A DNA stretch of 50,189 nucleotides from a virus. Taxonomy: Duplodnaviria > Caudoviricetes. Below are positions 25,263 to 33,368 of the stretch, in pieces. A model generated the notes under the pieces. The model was not told where the DNA came from and searched no databases. It saw nothing but the letters and a program-made list of their open reading frames with translations. Position numbers and translations under genes: made by a program. Numbering within the stretch: the stretch's first letter is position 1; every line of letters begins with the position of its first letter. The stretch covers positions 1 to 50,189 of IMG/VR virus record IMGVR_UViG_3300005613_000094; one strand, written 5' to 3'.

Positions 25263-27289
25263 GTGCACGCTGGGGGGCGACCCCCGACGAGTGGTTCGAG
25301 TTCGGCACCTTGTTAGATTTGGGTGCCGATCTTCTCCCAGTCGTATCGAATTTACGTGCGCAGATATCACCCAAGTCCAGCTTGAAGAAAGTGGGCAAGG
25401 TGCCGTCTCGCTATGGAAGAAACAAATTGGTGATAGGTGTCCCTAACTGGACAGGCCACGTTGCCACACTGAATGAACTGGTCGCCTGGGAAGAACAACC
25501 TGACTATGGAATATCGGTCATCTGTCGGGTAGCGAAGCCAGTGGATATTGATGTGCCTGATGTCGAGAAGGCCGTGAAGATCCAGGGCTACGTATCCGAG
25601 TGGCTTTACTCCGTTGGGGTGACTGAAGCACCGCTCAGATACCGGGTTGACTCCGGTAAGCGCATCATGCTGCTGCGTGTCAACGCCAACACCCCGAAGA
25701 CGGTCATCACTGTCGACGGTGGCATCGTAGAATTTTTGGGTAACAAGCAGCAATTCATCGCCGCCGGTACTCACGAGAATGGCGCACGGTACGAGTGGCA
25801 GGGCCTTGACCGAGGAGTCCCTGAGTTGACCCTCGACCAATACAACAGGCTCATCAGCCACGTGCAGGAGACCTTCGGCATCGAACCAATCCGCAAGGAA
25901 AAAGAAAGGAAAATCATCGACGGTTTAATCGATGAGCCTATTTACAATAAGCTGGTCGAGAGAAATGCCATCTTGTCTCACGAGGATAATGGCAGCTTCG
26001 GCATCATCTGTCCTTTCCACGACGAGCACACCACGGAGTCGGGCGACACCGGTACTGTGTATTTTCCTGCACACACTGGTGGCATGGCAACAGCAGCGAT
26101 CAAGTGTCTGCATGGGCATTGTGCGCATCGCCAGACGCATGACTTCGCCGCCGGTTTAGGAATCACTGGTGCGGATGACTTCGAGGTTTTGCCTGAAGAC
26201 GGCTCGGACTTCGTACAGCCTGGTGCAAACGAACCACATCCTGGTGTTGAGGGTGGATTCAACTTTATACTGGGCACCGCCTTCATGAACAGCGGGTCCA
26301 ACACCGAGTGGGTCATCAAAGGTTTGATCCCGTGTGACTCCGTCGGTTTAGTGATAGGCCCTCCAGGCTCGGGCAAAACGTTTGTGTTGATCGACGCTGT
26401 TTTCGCTGCCATACGTAATGTGCCATGGCGCGACCGCCGAACTAAGAAAGCCAAAGTACTTTATATATGTGCCGAGGGGGAGAATAGTTTCCGACTGCGC
26501 CTACGTGCATACTGTAAAGAGCACGGCATTGAAGACATCGACGATCTGGCTGTGTTGGCTGCGGCACCAAATTTTTCCGACAAGAAAGAGGTGAAGAAGT
26601 TTATCCGTGATGTTCGAGCGTTCGGTATATCCTTCGATTTGATCGTCGTTGACACCTTGAGCCAGTGCGCGCCAGGTGCTGATGAGAACGCGGCTAAGGA
26701 CATGGGCGAACTGCTGGCCAACTATAAGCACATCCAGCGAGCACTCAATGCAGCCATTGTCCTTGTCCACCATACTGGAAAGAACGCGTCAGCTGGCGCA
26801 CGTGGTTGGAGTGGAATAAAAGCTAACACCGGTTATGTGATAGAGGTCAACGTCAAGGGCAAGGGTGCCGACACTCAACGCTGGGTAGAAGTTTCCAGAC
26901 AGAAAGACGGCGAAGAGGGCGCCATCTTCGAGTTCCAACTACGAGAAGTAGTCGTGGGTGTTGATCAAGACGGCGACGACCTGAAGTCTATGGTGGTTGA
27001 CTTCGTTGAGGACGGCGGACTGGACGTACTGCCAGAGGCTGAAGGAGCCAAGGGCATCGGCCCACTGAAGAAAGACATCTTGTCCAAGGCTGTCGAGTTT
27101 AAGCAGGGCAACGCTCGCTGGCCGGTTAAGAGTGAGCTGACTACCATGGTGCGTGAAAACACCACCCGTCAGCAGAGCAAAGTCCACGAGGCCATTGATG
27201 AGATGGTAGAGCGCGGCTTGCTAGACGAGAGGGACAAGGCCTTATCTGTCCCTGGTACAAACCCACGATCAGCGAACCTGGAGGAGTAG
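25259..27289 (+). CDS. Bifunctional primase-polymerase / RepA-type (AAA_25) helicase
   Basis: N-terminal DID and AAGTH..G..YEW; CPF..EH..CLH..C zinc motif; GPPGSGKT Walker A; IVVDT; VHHTGK; GARG.S. Confidence 0.9.
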   Translation: MSARWGATPDEWFEFGTLLDLGADLLPVVSNLRAQISPKSSLKKVGKVPSRYGRNKLVIGVPNWTGHVATLNELVAWEEQPDYGISVICRVAKPVDIDVPDVEKAVKIQGYVSEWLYSVGVTEAPLRYRVDSGKRIMLLRVNANTPKTVITVDGGIVEFLGNKQQFIAAGTHENGARYEWQGLDRGVPELTLDQYNRLISHVQETFGIEPIRKEKERKIIDGLIDEPIYNKLVERNAILSHEDNGSFGIICPFHDEHTTESGDTGTVYFPAHTGGMATAAIKCLHGHCAHRQTHDFAAGLGITGADDFEVLPEDGSDFVQPGANEPHPGVEGGFNFILGTAFMNSGSNTEWVIKGLIPCDSVGLVIGPPGSGKTFVLIDAVFAAIRNVPWRDRRTKKAKVLYICAEGENSFRLRLRAYCKEHGIEDIDDLAVLAAAPNFSDKKEVKKFIRDVRAFGISFDLIVVDTLSQCAPGADENAAKDMGELLANYKHIQRALNAAIVLVHHTGKNASAGARGWSGIKANTGYVIEVNVKGKGADTQRWVEVSRQKDGEEGAIFEFQLREVVVGVDQDGDDLKSMVVDFVEDGGLDVLPEAEGAKGIGPLKKDILSKAVEFKQGNARWPVKSELTTMVRENTTRQQSKVHEAIDEMVERGLLDERDKALSVPGTNPRSANLEE

Positions 27290-27291
27290 GT

Positions 27292-27477
27292 ATGAGTATA
27301 TTGTGCCGCATCGGTTTGCACAGCATCGTGGTGCCACAGAGGTTTGTGTACGACGAGAAGGGGTTGATGGTGCTGGAGTTTATCAGCACTGTTAAGTGTT
27401 CGAAGTGTGGACACATCAAGGATCACACCCACTGGGTGTGGAATGGTTTTACAATGGTAGATAAAGAGGAGAAGTAA
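27292..27477 (+). CDS. Small zinc-finger protein
   Basis: LC.IGLH...CSKCG; GGAG RBS. Confidence 0.65.
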   Translation: MSILCRIGLHSIVVPQRFVYDEKGLMVLEFISTVKCSKCGHIKDHTHWVWNGFTMVDKEEK

Positions 27478-27480
27478 ATT

Positions 27481-27828
27481 ATGGGTGATTTAATAAACCA
27501 GTTGTCACAACGTGTACGTGCTTTGTTCAAGCGAGAGGGTTTCAACCACGACTACGATGCTGCTATGCATGCGGCCATCGGCGTCAGTGGTGAAGCCGGT
27601 GAGTTGCTGGATGCCGTAAAGAAGTGCTGGGCATACAACAAACCGATTGACCGTGACAACATTATCGAAGAACTTGGTGACCTGGAGTTCTACATGGAAG
27701 CGTTACGCCGGGAGCTGCTCATCACCAGGGAGACCACACTGCAGCACAACCATGATAAATTGTGCAAGCGTTATTCCGAGGGGGCGTACTCTGACGAGGC
27801 TGCCCAACAGCGCGCAGATAAAACGTAA
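27481..27828 (+). CDS. MazG-like nucleoside triphosphate pyrophosphohydrolase
   Basis: GEAGELLDAVKK...EELGDL.FY...N..KL..RY. Confidence 0.85.
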   Translation: MGDLINQLSQRVRALFKREGFNHDYDAAMHAAIGVSGEAGELLDAVKKCWAYNKPIDRDNIIEELGDLEFYMEALRRELLITRETTLQHNHDKLCKRYSEGAYSDEAAQQRADKT

Positions 27829-27829
27829 C

Positions 27830-28548
27830 AAGAATTAGATTCTTACTTAACCCGCTTCGGCGGGTTTCTTTTTGTGTGAGGTATGAACCAGAATGAGATT
27901 CTTATAAGAATGAGATTCTTGTTGGTGATTGTTATGGGTGCCACGGGTGGATTTTTGGGGGCACGTTTTGGAGGGTAAATTTTAGGTGTTTGGGGCGGAA
28001 TTGGTCGGCTGTCAGGGGGCGTGTGTGGCGTGTTAGGAAGTCAGAGGGTAGGCTAACCCCCACGGAAGGTCGCTTGCGTCGCGCCAGGGTGCCTTAAAAT
28101 CGGTCTGAGGTGTATTCCAGAGGTCAGATGTTAGTGTTATGTGTCAGCCGAGGTGTATTTTTTGATGTTATTCCGGGTTACTTTTATTTTTTTTTGATTT
28201 TAACTCCACCCCTCCCCTCCCTCTAGCCCCTAAGGGCTAGTGAGGGAGAGAGGCGTAGCAAGGGCTTGGCCTCCCAATTTTTTAGCTTTTTGCTCGCTAG
28301 GCGCTGAACCCCGCCAGTACTGGGCTTCAGCGAGTTTTTGACCCGCCTTTTTTGGCCCAAAAACAGGTTGGATTTTAGTCTCGACCGTGCTTTTTTCCTG
28401 AAACCCCCGTAGTTGCTGGGTTTCAGAGGAGCACCACGGAAAAATAGCTAGGTAAGTGTAAAAAAGCACGGTAAAAAAAAGTTAGGTCGAACAAGAATGG
28501 TATTCTGATTAGCTATCAGAATGAGATTCTTATAAGAATGACATTCTT
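27830..28548. repeat. Six copies of the palindrome (A/C)AGAAT-N3-ATTCT(T/G) flanking a non-coding region (seventh copy at 31392-31406)
   Basis: Copies start at 27830, 27889, 27906, 28493, 28517 and 28534. Confidence 0.85.
27849..27873 (+). terminator. Rho-independent terminator
   Basis: AACCCGC-TTCG-GCGGGTT followed by TCTTTTT. Confidence 0.9.
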
Positions 28549-28582
28549 ATTCAATTAATTTACAAATAAATGGAAATAATAC

Positions 28583-28611
28583 TTGACACGTGATAAATAC
28601 CCCTATAAACT
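28583..28611 (+). promoter_or_regulatory. Strong sigma70-like early promoter
   Basis: TTGACA, 17-nt spacer, TAAACT; AT-rich UP-like upstream sequence. Confidence 0.8.
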
Positions 28612-28642
28612 CGGGTTCTGAACTTGGAAAAAGGACCCGATT

Positions 28643-28888
28643 TTGAGACTCAAGGACTATGAAATACCAGGTGAGGAGAACCACCAGGTTCATGCTTACC
28701 TGGATAACCAAGATAGTTATGTAATATTTAGCTACCTTGGGGCGGAGATAGTAAAAAGGGATATCACTTCTAACAAGAATCGATTCCTAGCAAGACAAGT
28801 GAAGTTGTTTATCGAGAAGTACCACACAGAGGAGAAACAAGATGGGAACAGTAAACTGGAAATTGCGCAGCCGACGTATTCGTGGTAA
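28643..28888 (+). CDS. Hypothetical early protein
   Basis: TTG start with AAGGA RBS, immediately after the promoter. Confidence 0.6.
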   Translation: MRLKDYEIPGEENHQVHAYLDNQDSYVIFSYLGAEIVKRDITSNKNRFLARQVKLFIEKYHTEEKQDGNSKLEIAQPTYSW

Positions 28889-29042
28889 AGGCCCACACAT
28901 TGTCAACAGCGGTATCGTTGACGAATTCGTAGGTACTTACGCAGCAACACAACACGCAGTCAGTTTGAACGCTCAGTCATCACTAGTAATACAGAGCACA
29001 GCGTTCTTGATAGGTTTAGTTTATTTGATTATTAATTTGTAG
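28842..29042 (+). CDS. Hypothetical protein with C-terminal transmembrane segment
   Basis: GAGGAG RBS; hydrophobic C-terminus. Confidence 0.55.
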   Translation: MGTVNWKLRSRRIRGKGPHIVNSGIVDEFVGTYAATQHAVSLNAQSSLVIQSTAFLIGLVYLIINL

Positions 29043-29113
29043 CAGTGTAAGCGTTCAGCTCTTTGCGGAGAGCTGAGCGGTCAACATTGACCATAACAAT
29101 TAGGAGAATTAAA

Positions 29114-29248
29114 ATGTTACAGAGAATATGTGAACTACTAGACGTGACCCAACAGCAAGGCACACCACGCTCAGAAACAGTTATTGTTGAGGGCGTAACC
29201 TACCGCTTAACCACTGATGGGCAACACGTTGAACAAGTAACACGGTAG
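29114..29248 (+). CDS. Hypothetical protein (44 aa)
   Basis: ATG at 29114 with AGGAG RBS. Confidence 0.55.
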   Translation: MLQRICELLDVTQQQGTPRSETVIVEGVTYRLTTDGQHVEQVTR

Positions 29249-29361
29249 AGTTTTTTCGCAGCGCCTCACTTTTTAATTAGTACAAATAGTTGAAAAGTTT
29301 GTCGACACAACAAATCGGGGCGCTGCGGGCCTAACTTTATAGGTAAACGAGGAGAAATATT

Positions 29362-29733
29362 ATGGGTATAACTATGTCAACTAAAAAAAAATCAAGAGTC
29401 GCTGCAGTAGAAGCTCGCGAGCTGCGCACCGAGCAAGAAGTAGCACCCCTTTTGGTCCAGAAGGCCGCGCACGATAAACTAGTTAGTGCAGTTAGCGAAC
29501 GCGCAAGGGACCTAGCTAACGAGATAGAGCGGTTACGCCAAACTAGGTATGCGGTGTACACGTTCTTCACCGAGAAGCACCCTGAGCTATTAGAGGAGTT
29601 TGTCAATGTAGCCTACAAGGAATGCGACGATAAAATGGAGTCCCATGCTGTTTCGGGCTTCCACGACGACGGAGTGCTAGATATGTCAACGATCAAGTGC
29701 ACCGGCGACGACTTTGACCCTTGGGAAGATTAG
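29362..29733 (+). CDS. Hypothetical protein
   Basis: GAGGAG RBS; coiled coil. Confidence 0.65.
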   Translation: MGITMSTKKKSRVAAVEARELRTEQEVAPLLVQKAAHDKLVSAVSERARDLANEIERLRQTRYAVYTFFTEKHPELLEEFVNVAYKECDDKMESHAVSGFHDDGVLDMSTIKCTGDDFDPWED

Positions 29734-29745
29734 CGGAGGCGAATC

Positions 29746-30105
29746 ATGGTTAGATTGAGAACAGGGAAACACCCCACGGATACACGATTCAGGTTGTGGG
29801 ACAGAGAACCTTGGTTAGACCCTGTAACAGGGGAAGAGGTAGAGTGGTCGTTGTACTACTTGTTCTACCCTGGTACTACGGCACTAAGAAGGTGGTATAG
29901 GTATAAACTAGTAGCCGACGAACCAGCGGAGCACAAAGCGAACTACATGCTCGCGCACAACCCCCACGAGTATCGTTTCTCAATGCATAGCGACAGCCTC
30001 ATGTTAGAAGAACACCGCTCCGGGCTATACAGGAAGGTGTTGCAGGAAATACAGAACCGTGGGTTACATTTATTAACTGAAGATGAATTAAAGGAGATTT
30101 TCTGA
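29746..30105 (+). CDS. Hypothetical protein
   Basis: GGAGG RBS. Confidence 0.65.
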   Translation: MVRLRTGKHPTDTRFRLWDREPWLDPVTGEEVEWSLYYLFYPGTTALRRWYRYKLVADEPAEHKANYMLAHNPHEYRFSMHSDSLMLEEHRSGLYRKVLQEIQNRGLHLLTEDELKEIF

Positions 30106-30551
30106 TGCTACTGAACGAGGTAGGAGGCCTCCGACCTTGCGGTTTCGAGAGAGGGGAGCCCGTGTACAAACTGGACGCGGTGCTGGCGGAGGCTATTAGG
30201 AGTGTGAACAGTGGTACGTATTTTAACAGTTATAAGGTGAAGAAAATGACAAGCGATACTAAAAAAGCGAGTGACTTGCTGGATGAAGCGGATAAGATAT
30301 TTCGTGGTAAACTCGATAAGTTCCAACAGACCCAAGACCGGCTCATAGATTCATCGACCGCCGCGTCGAGATCCGTCAGAGAATCGACGCAGAAAATGTC
30401 GGAGGGGTTAGCCCGTATCGAGAAACAGGCTGACTTCAACCGGTTAGAGAGGTGCGTCGTGTTGTTGGAGAGAGCCAACCAGGCGTTAGCTTCTTTGGCT
30501 GAGCTGGAACAAGACGGTAAACTAGACAGAATAACCAACGCATTAAAATAA
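30105..30551 (+). CDS. Hypothetical coiled-coil protein
   Basis: AAGGAG RBS; TGATG overlap. Confidence 0.65.
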   Translation: MLLNEVGGLRPCGFERGEPVYKLDAVLAEAIRSVNSGTYFNSYKVKKMTSDTKKASDLLDEADKIFRGKLDKFQQTQDRLIDSSTAASRSVRESTQKMSEGLARIEKQADFNRLERCVVLLERANQALASLAELEQDGKLDRITNALK

Positions 30552-30562
30552 GGGCATCAAAC

Positions 30563-30793
30563 ATGAATACCTCAGTAATACCGAAAGGATTTCGCGCTAA
30601 ACGTGTTGGCCCCCCTGAGAAGGGCGAGCTGATCCTCGGCAAAGGCGGTGAGGTGCTGCGTTGTAGTGGTGCCTTGAGCGCCACCTGTGCCATCGTGGAA
30701 CCGATTGGAGGTGTAGGGTACGAGCCCAGCCGGAATGTTGGCCGACGCCGCACTGACGCACCGCAAGATAAAGAACTCGAAGTGGAGGGGTAA
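30563..30793 (+). CDS. Hypothetical protein
   Basis: Operon continuity; TAATG overlap with the next ORF. Confidence 0.55.
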   Translation: MNTSVIPKGFRAKRVGPPEKGELILGKGGEVLRCSGALSATCAIVEPIGGVGYEPSRNVGRRRTDAPQDKELEVEG

Positions 30794-30954
30794 TGGAACA
30801 ACTTGCCAGGTTAATACTATTTGCTGTAGGTTTTATGACCATGCTCATGGTGGCCACTTCAGCCTTCGAGGTCTTTAACAACCACTTGTACAGCCAGGGT
30901 CATTACGACGCTGAACTGTATGAGTACGGACATAGAGGAGATACACATGTCTGA
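30793..30954 (+). CDS. Small membrane protein (53 aa), missing from the ORF track
   Basis: MEQLARLILFAVGFMTMLMVATSAF...; GGAGG RBS. Confidence 0.55.
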   Translation: MEQLARLILFAVGFMTMLMVATSAFEVFNNHLYSQGHYDAELYEYGHRGDTHV

Positions 30955-31095
30955 AACAATATTTTACGCCATGATAGTGGTGCTGCTGTTGTGGGTGTCG
31001 AGATGAACTGGGGCACATTGATCTACAAACTATGCCTGGTGTACTTCATAACCATGTGTGTCCTGTCTATTTCATCAATCTTTTTGGAGTAAGAT

Positions 31096-31326
31096 ATGAC
31101 CCCACCCAAGGAATGCAGCAACTGCAGGTTTGCGCATGTACAACCAGCAATCAATGGAAACCCACATGTGGTTTGTCGTAGATACCCTCCCACCGCCGTG
31201 GTAAACCAGGAGTCCTTCACCCCACGGGCGGTGTACACTCCGGTAAGCAGCAGCGGTTGGTGTGGTGAGTACGAGATGTGCGACAAGACACGCGCCGCCT
31301 TACTAGACGAATGGGAGCAACTATGA
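31096..31326 (+). CDS. Small Cys-rich protein
   Basis: CSNCRF...CRRYPP...WCGEY; GGAG RBS. Confidence 0.7.
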   Translation: MTPPKECSNCRFAHVQPAINGNPHVVCRRYPPTAVVNQESFTPRAVYTPVSSSGWCGEYEMCDKTRAALLDEWEQL

Positions 31327-31425
31327 TACTTACTTTCTGTGGGATACTACTTTTAATCCTCATGCTCCTGACCTGGGACATGTAACCGAACCAGAATGAG
31401 ATTCTTGTAAATCCGATACAAAATC

Positions 31426-31454
31426 TTGCCTTAATCGTTTAATTGCGCTACCAT
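31426..31454 (+). promoter_or_regulatory. Sigma70-like promoter of terS (predicted leaderless mRNA)
   Basis: TTGCCT, 17-nt spacer, TACCAT; ATG at 31461 lies 7 nt after the -10 and has no Shine-Dalgarno sequence. Confidence 0.6.
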
Positions 31455-31460
31455 ACGCGC

Positions 31461-32114
31461 ATGACAGACGAATCTCTCGACTTCTCAGAGTTCCTAGACG
31501 ACGAGCCACCTCAGCCTGAAAGGGTTGTGGTGCCCCGCGATACTCGCTCTCAGTTCCAGAAAGATCGCCACGAGAAGTTCATCGATATCGCCATCGCAAC
31601 AGGTAATAACTCCGAAGCAGCACGCCAGTGTGGGTATAAAACACCACGGGAACCAGACTCCAAGTACTACCGCAGGTCACTAGCTGAACGACGTGCCCAG
31701 TACAAAGAACAATACGCAGTCACCCCGGAGAACGTCATCAAGGGCCACGCCCAGATCGCATTCGCTGACATCCGCAACATAATGGATGACGACGGCAAGC
31801 TACTACCGCTCAATGAATTGGATGATGAAACCGCAGCCGCTGTGTCAGGTGTTGAGGTGACTGAGCTCGGGCGTAGTGAGGGCTTCGCTGAGATACACAA
31901 ATACAAGACATACGACAAACAGAAAGCACTCGACGCATTGAGCCGCAACCTCGGACTGTTCGAGAAGGATAACGCCCAGGCCAATGCAGGCACGGGAGCA
32001 GTCGCAGAGATGACCAAGAATGAAGTAGCACGCCGCCTGGCGTTCTACCTACAGGAAACCATGCGTAAGCAAGGTGAAGACGGAGCCAACGACGAAGCAC
32101 AAGCAGCCGAATAG
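31461..32114 (+). CDS. terS: Terminase small subunit
   Basis: KF......GN.SEAARQ.GY HTH; IAFADIR..D..G.L.P..ELD...AAA..G; K..DK..ALD.L.R.LGLF. Confidence 0.85.
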   Translation: MTDESLDFSEFLDDEPPQPERVVVPRDTRSQFQKDRHEKFIDIAIATGNNSEAARQCGYKTPREPDSKYYRRSLAERRAQYKEQYAVTPENVIKGHAQIAFADIRNIMDDDGKLLPLNELDDETAAAVSGVEVTELGRSEGFAEIHKYKTYDKQKALDALSRNLGLFEKDNAQANAGTGAVAEMTKNEVARRLAFYLQETMRKQGEDGANDEAQAAE

Positions 32115-32150
32115 GCATATAACTAGCAGCTTTAAAAGGAGGCATTAATA

Positions 32151-32948
32151 ATGTCAAGAATCAGAACCAGCTTACATGGTAAGCAATTAGGCATCGACCA
32201 CGAGAACCGTTTACTCGCACCCGCAGGCCTAGTCCTGGGCAACAACGGTAAACAGCGCGCAGTGGAGGGTCCTAGCACCACCGGCTTTTTCGACGACTTC
32301 TTCGAGTTAACCTCTGGCCGTTGGTTGGCCACCGAGGGTACCGACGCGGCCACATCCTCCGCAGGAATACTATCCCCTGGCATCGGTGGGGTCTTACGCC
32401 TCACCACTGGCGACGCAGGCACAGGCTACGCAGCCGACGCGGAACAACTAACTGGTGGGGCGCTGGCCTGGCAAGCATCCAACGGCAACTTGGTCTTTGA
32501 GGCCCGCGTTAAACTATCAGCGATTACAACCTGCTACGCGTTCCTCGGATTCACGGACACTGCAGCCGCGTCACTAGAACAGCCTATCTACTCGGCAGGC
32601 TCCGCTAACACCATCACAACCGACGCAAGCGATGCCGTAGGCTTCTTCTTTGACACGGGCATGGATGACGACAACTGGTGGGTCGCAGGCGTCGCAGGAG
32701 ACACTGACGCAACCCATCAAGATACCGGTTTCGCGCCGGTGGCTGGCACCTACGAGGTACTGCGCGTCGAGGTTAATACAGCCGGAGTGGCTACCTTCTA
32801 CCGCAATGGCGTACAAGTTGGTACCGCTATGACTGGGGCGGTAACCGCAGCCACCGACCTTACACCTATCATAACTGTCAGTAAGCTGTCTGTAGCCGCT
32901 AGTATGACCCTGGACCTTGACTATGTCCACGTGTCAATGGACCGATAG
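32151..32948 (+). CDS. Putative virion protein with a ConA-like beta-sandwich
   Basis: FFDDF, GG.LRLTT, FEARVK, ATFY.NG, LDLDYV; T/A/G-rich. Confidence 0.55.
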   Translation: MSRIRTSLHGKQLGIDHENRLLAPAGLVLGNNGKQRAVEGPSTTGFFDDFFELTSGRWLATEGTDAATSSAGILSPGIGGVLRLTTGDAGTGYAADAEQLTGGALAWQASNGNLVFEARVKLSAITTCYAFLGFTDTAAASLEQPIYSAGSANTITTDASDAVGFFFDTGMDDDNWWVAGVAGDTDATHQDTGFAPVAGTYEVLRVEVNTAGVATFYRNGVQVGTAMTGAVTAATDLTPIITVSKLSVAASMTLDLDYVHVSMDR

Positions 32949-32953
32949 TTTCC

Positions 32954-32983
32954 AGGGCGGGGTGAGACTCCCCGCTCTTTTTT
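32954..32983 (+). terminator. Rho-independent terminator
   Basis: GGGCGGGG-N7-CCCCGCTC followed by a T run. Confidence 0.8.
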
Positions 32984-33009
32984 AACCACTTACTTACAAG
33001 GTAGACGAC

Positions 33010-33348
33010 ATGTCAGCACCAATTAGTAGGCACAAAGACGGCACGGTTACCGTGTTAGTTAACCCGTCGAGCACAGGCAACACAGCAGTTGTAGCCGCAG
33101 CCGGTGCGGGCATTAAGATACGGGTGGTCAGTATGGCGCTAGTAAGCACCTTAGCCAACGGAGTCAAGTTCCAATCAGGCACAACAGACATCTCGCCACT
33201 ATGGCCCCTTGGGGCTAATGGTGGTATGGTACTGCCACCTAACAACGCCGGTTGGTTTAGTACCGCAGCGAACGAAGCGTTAAACATTAACATGTCTGCG
33301 GCTACGGCCACAGGGGTTTTGATCAACTACAAACTATCACAAGTATAA
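33010..33348 (+). CDS. Hypothetical beta-rich (virion-like) protein
   Basis: 112 aa, A/G/T/V-rich; AAGG RBS. Confidence 0.65.
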   Translation: MSAPISRHKDGTVTVLVNPSSTGNTAVVAAAGAGIKIRVVSMALVSTLANGVKFQSGTTDISPLWPLGANGGMVLPPNNAGWFSTAANEALNINMSAATATGVLINYKLSQV

Positions 33349-33368
33349 CTAATAAGGGCAACAAACAT

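Noticed and set aside
28230-28469. 79-aa minus-strand ORF in the non-coding region
   Set aside because: Runs through inverted repeats and homopolymer tracts, lacks an RBS and opposes local gene orientation.
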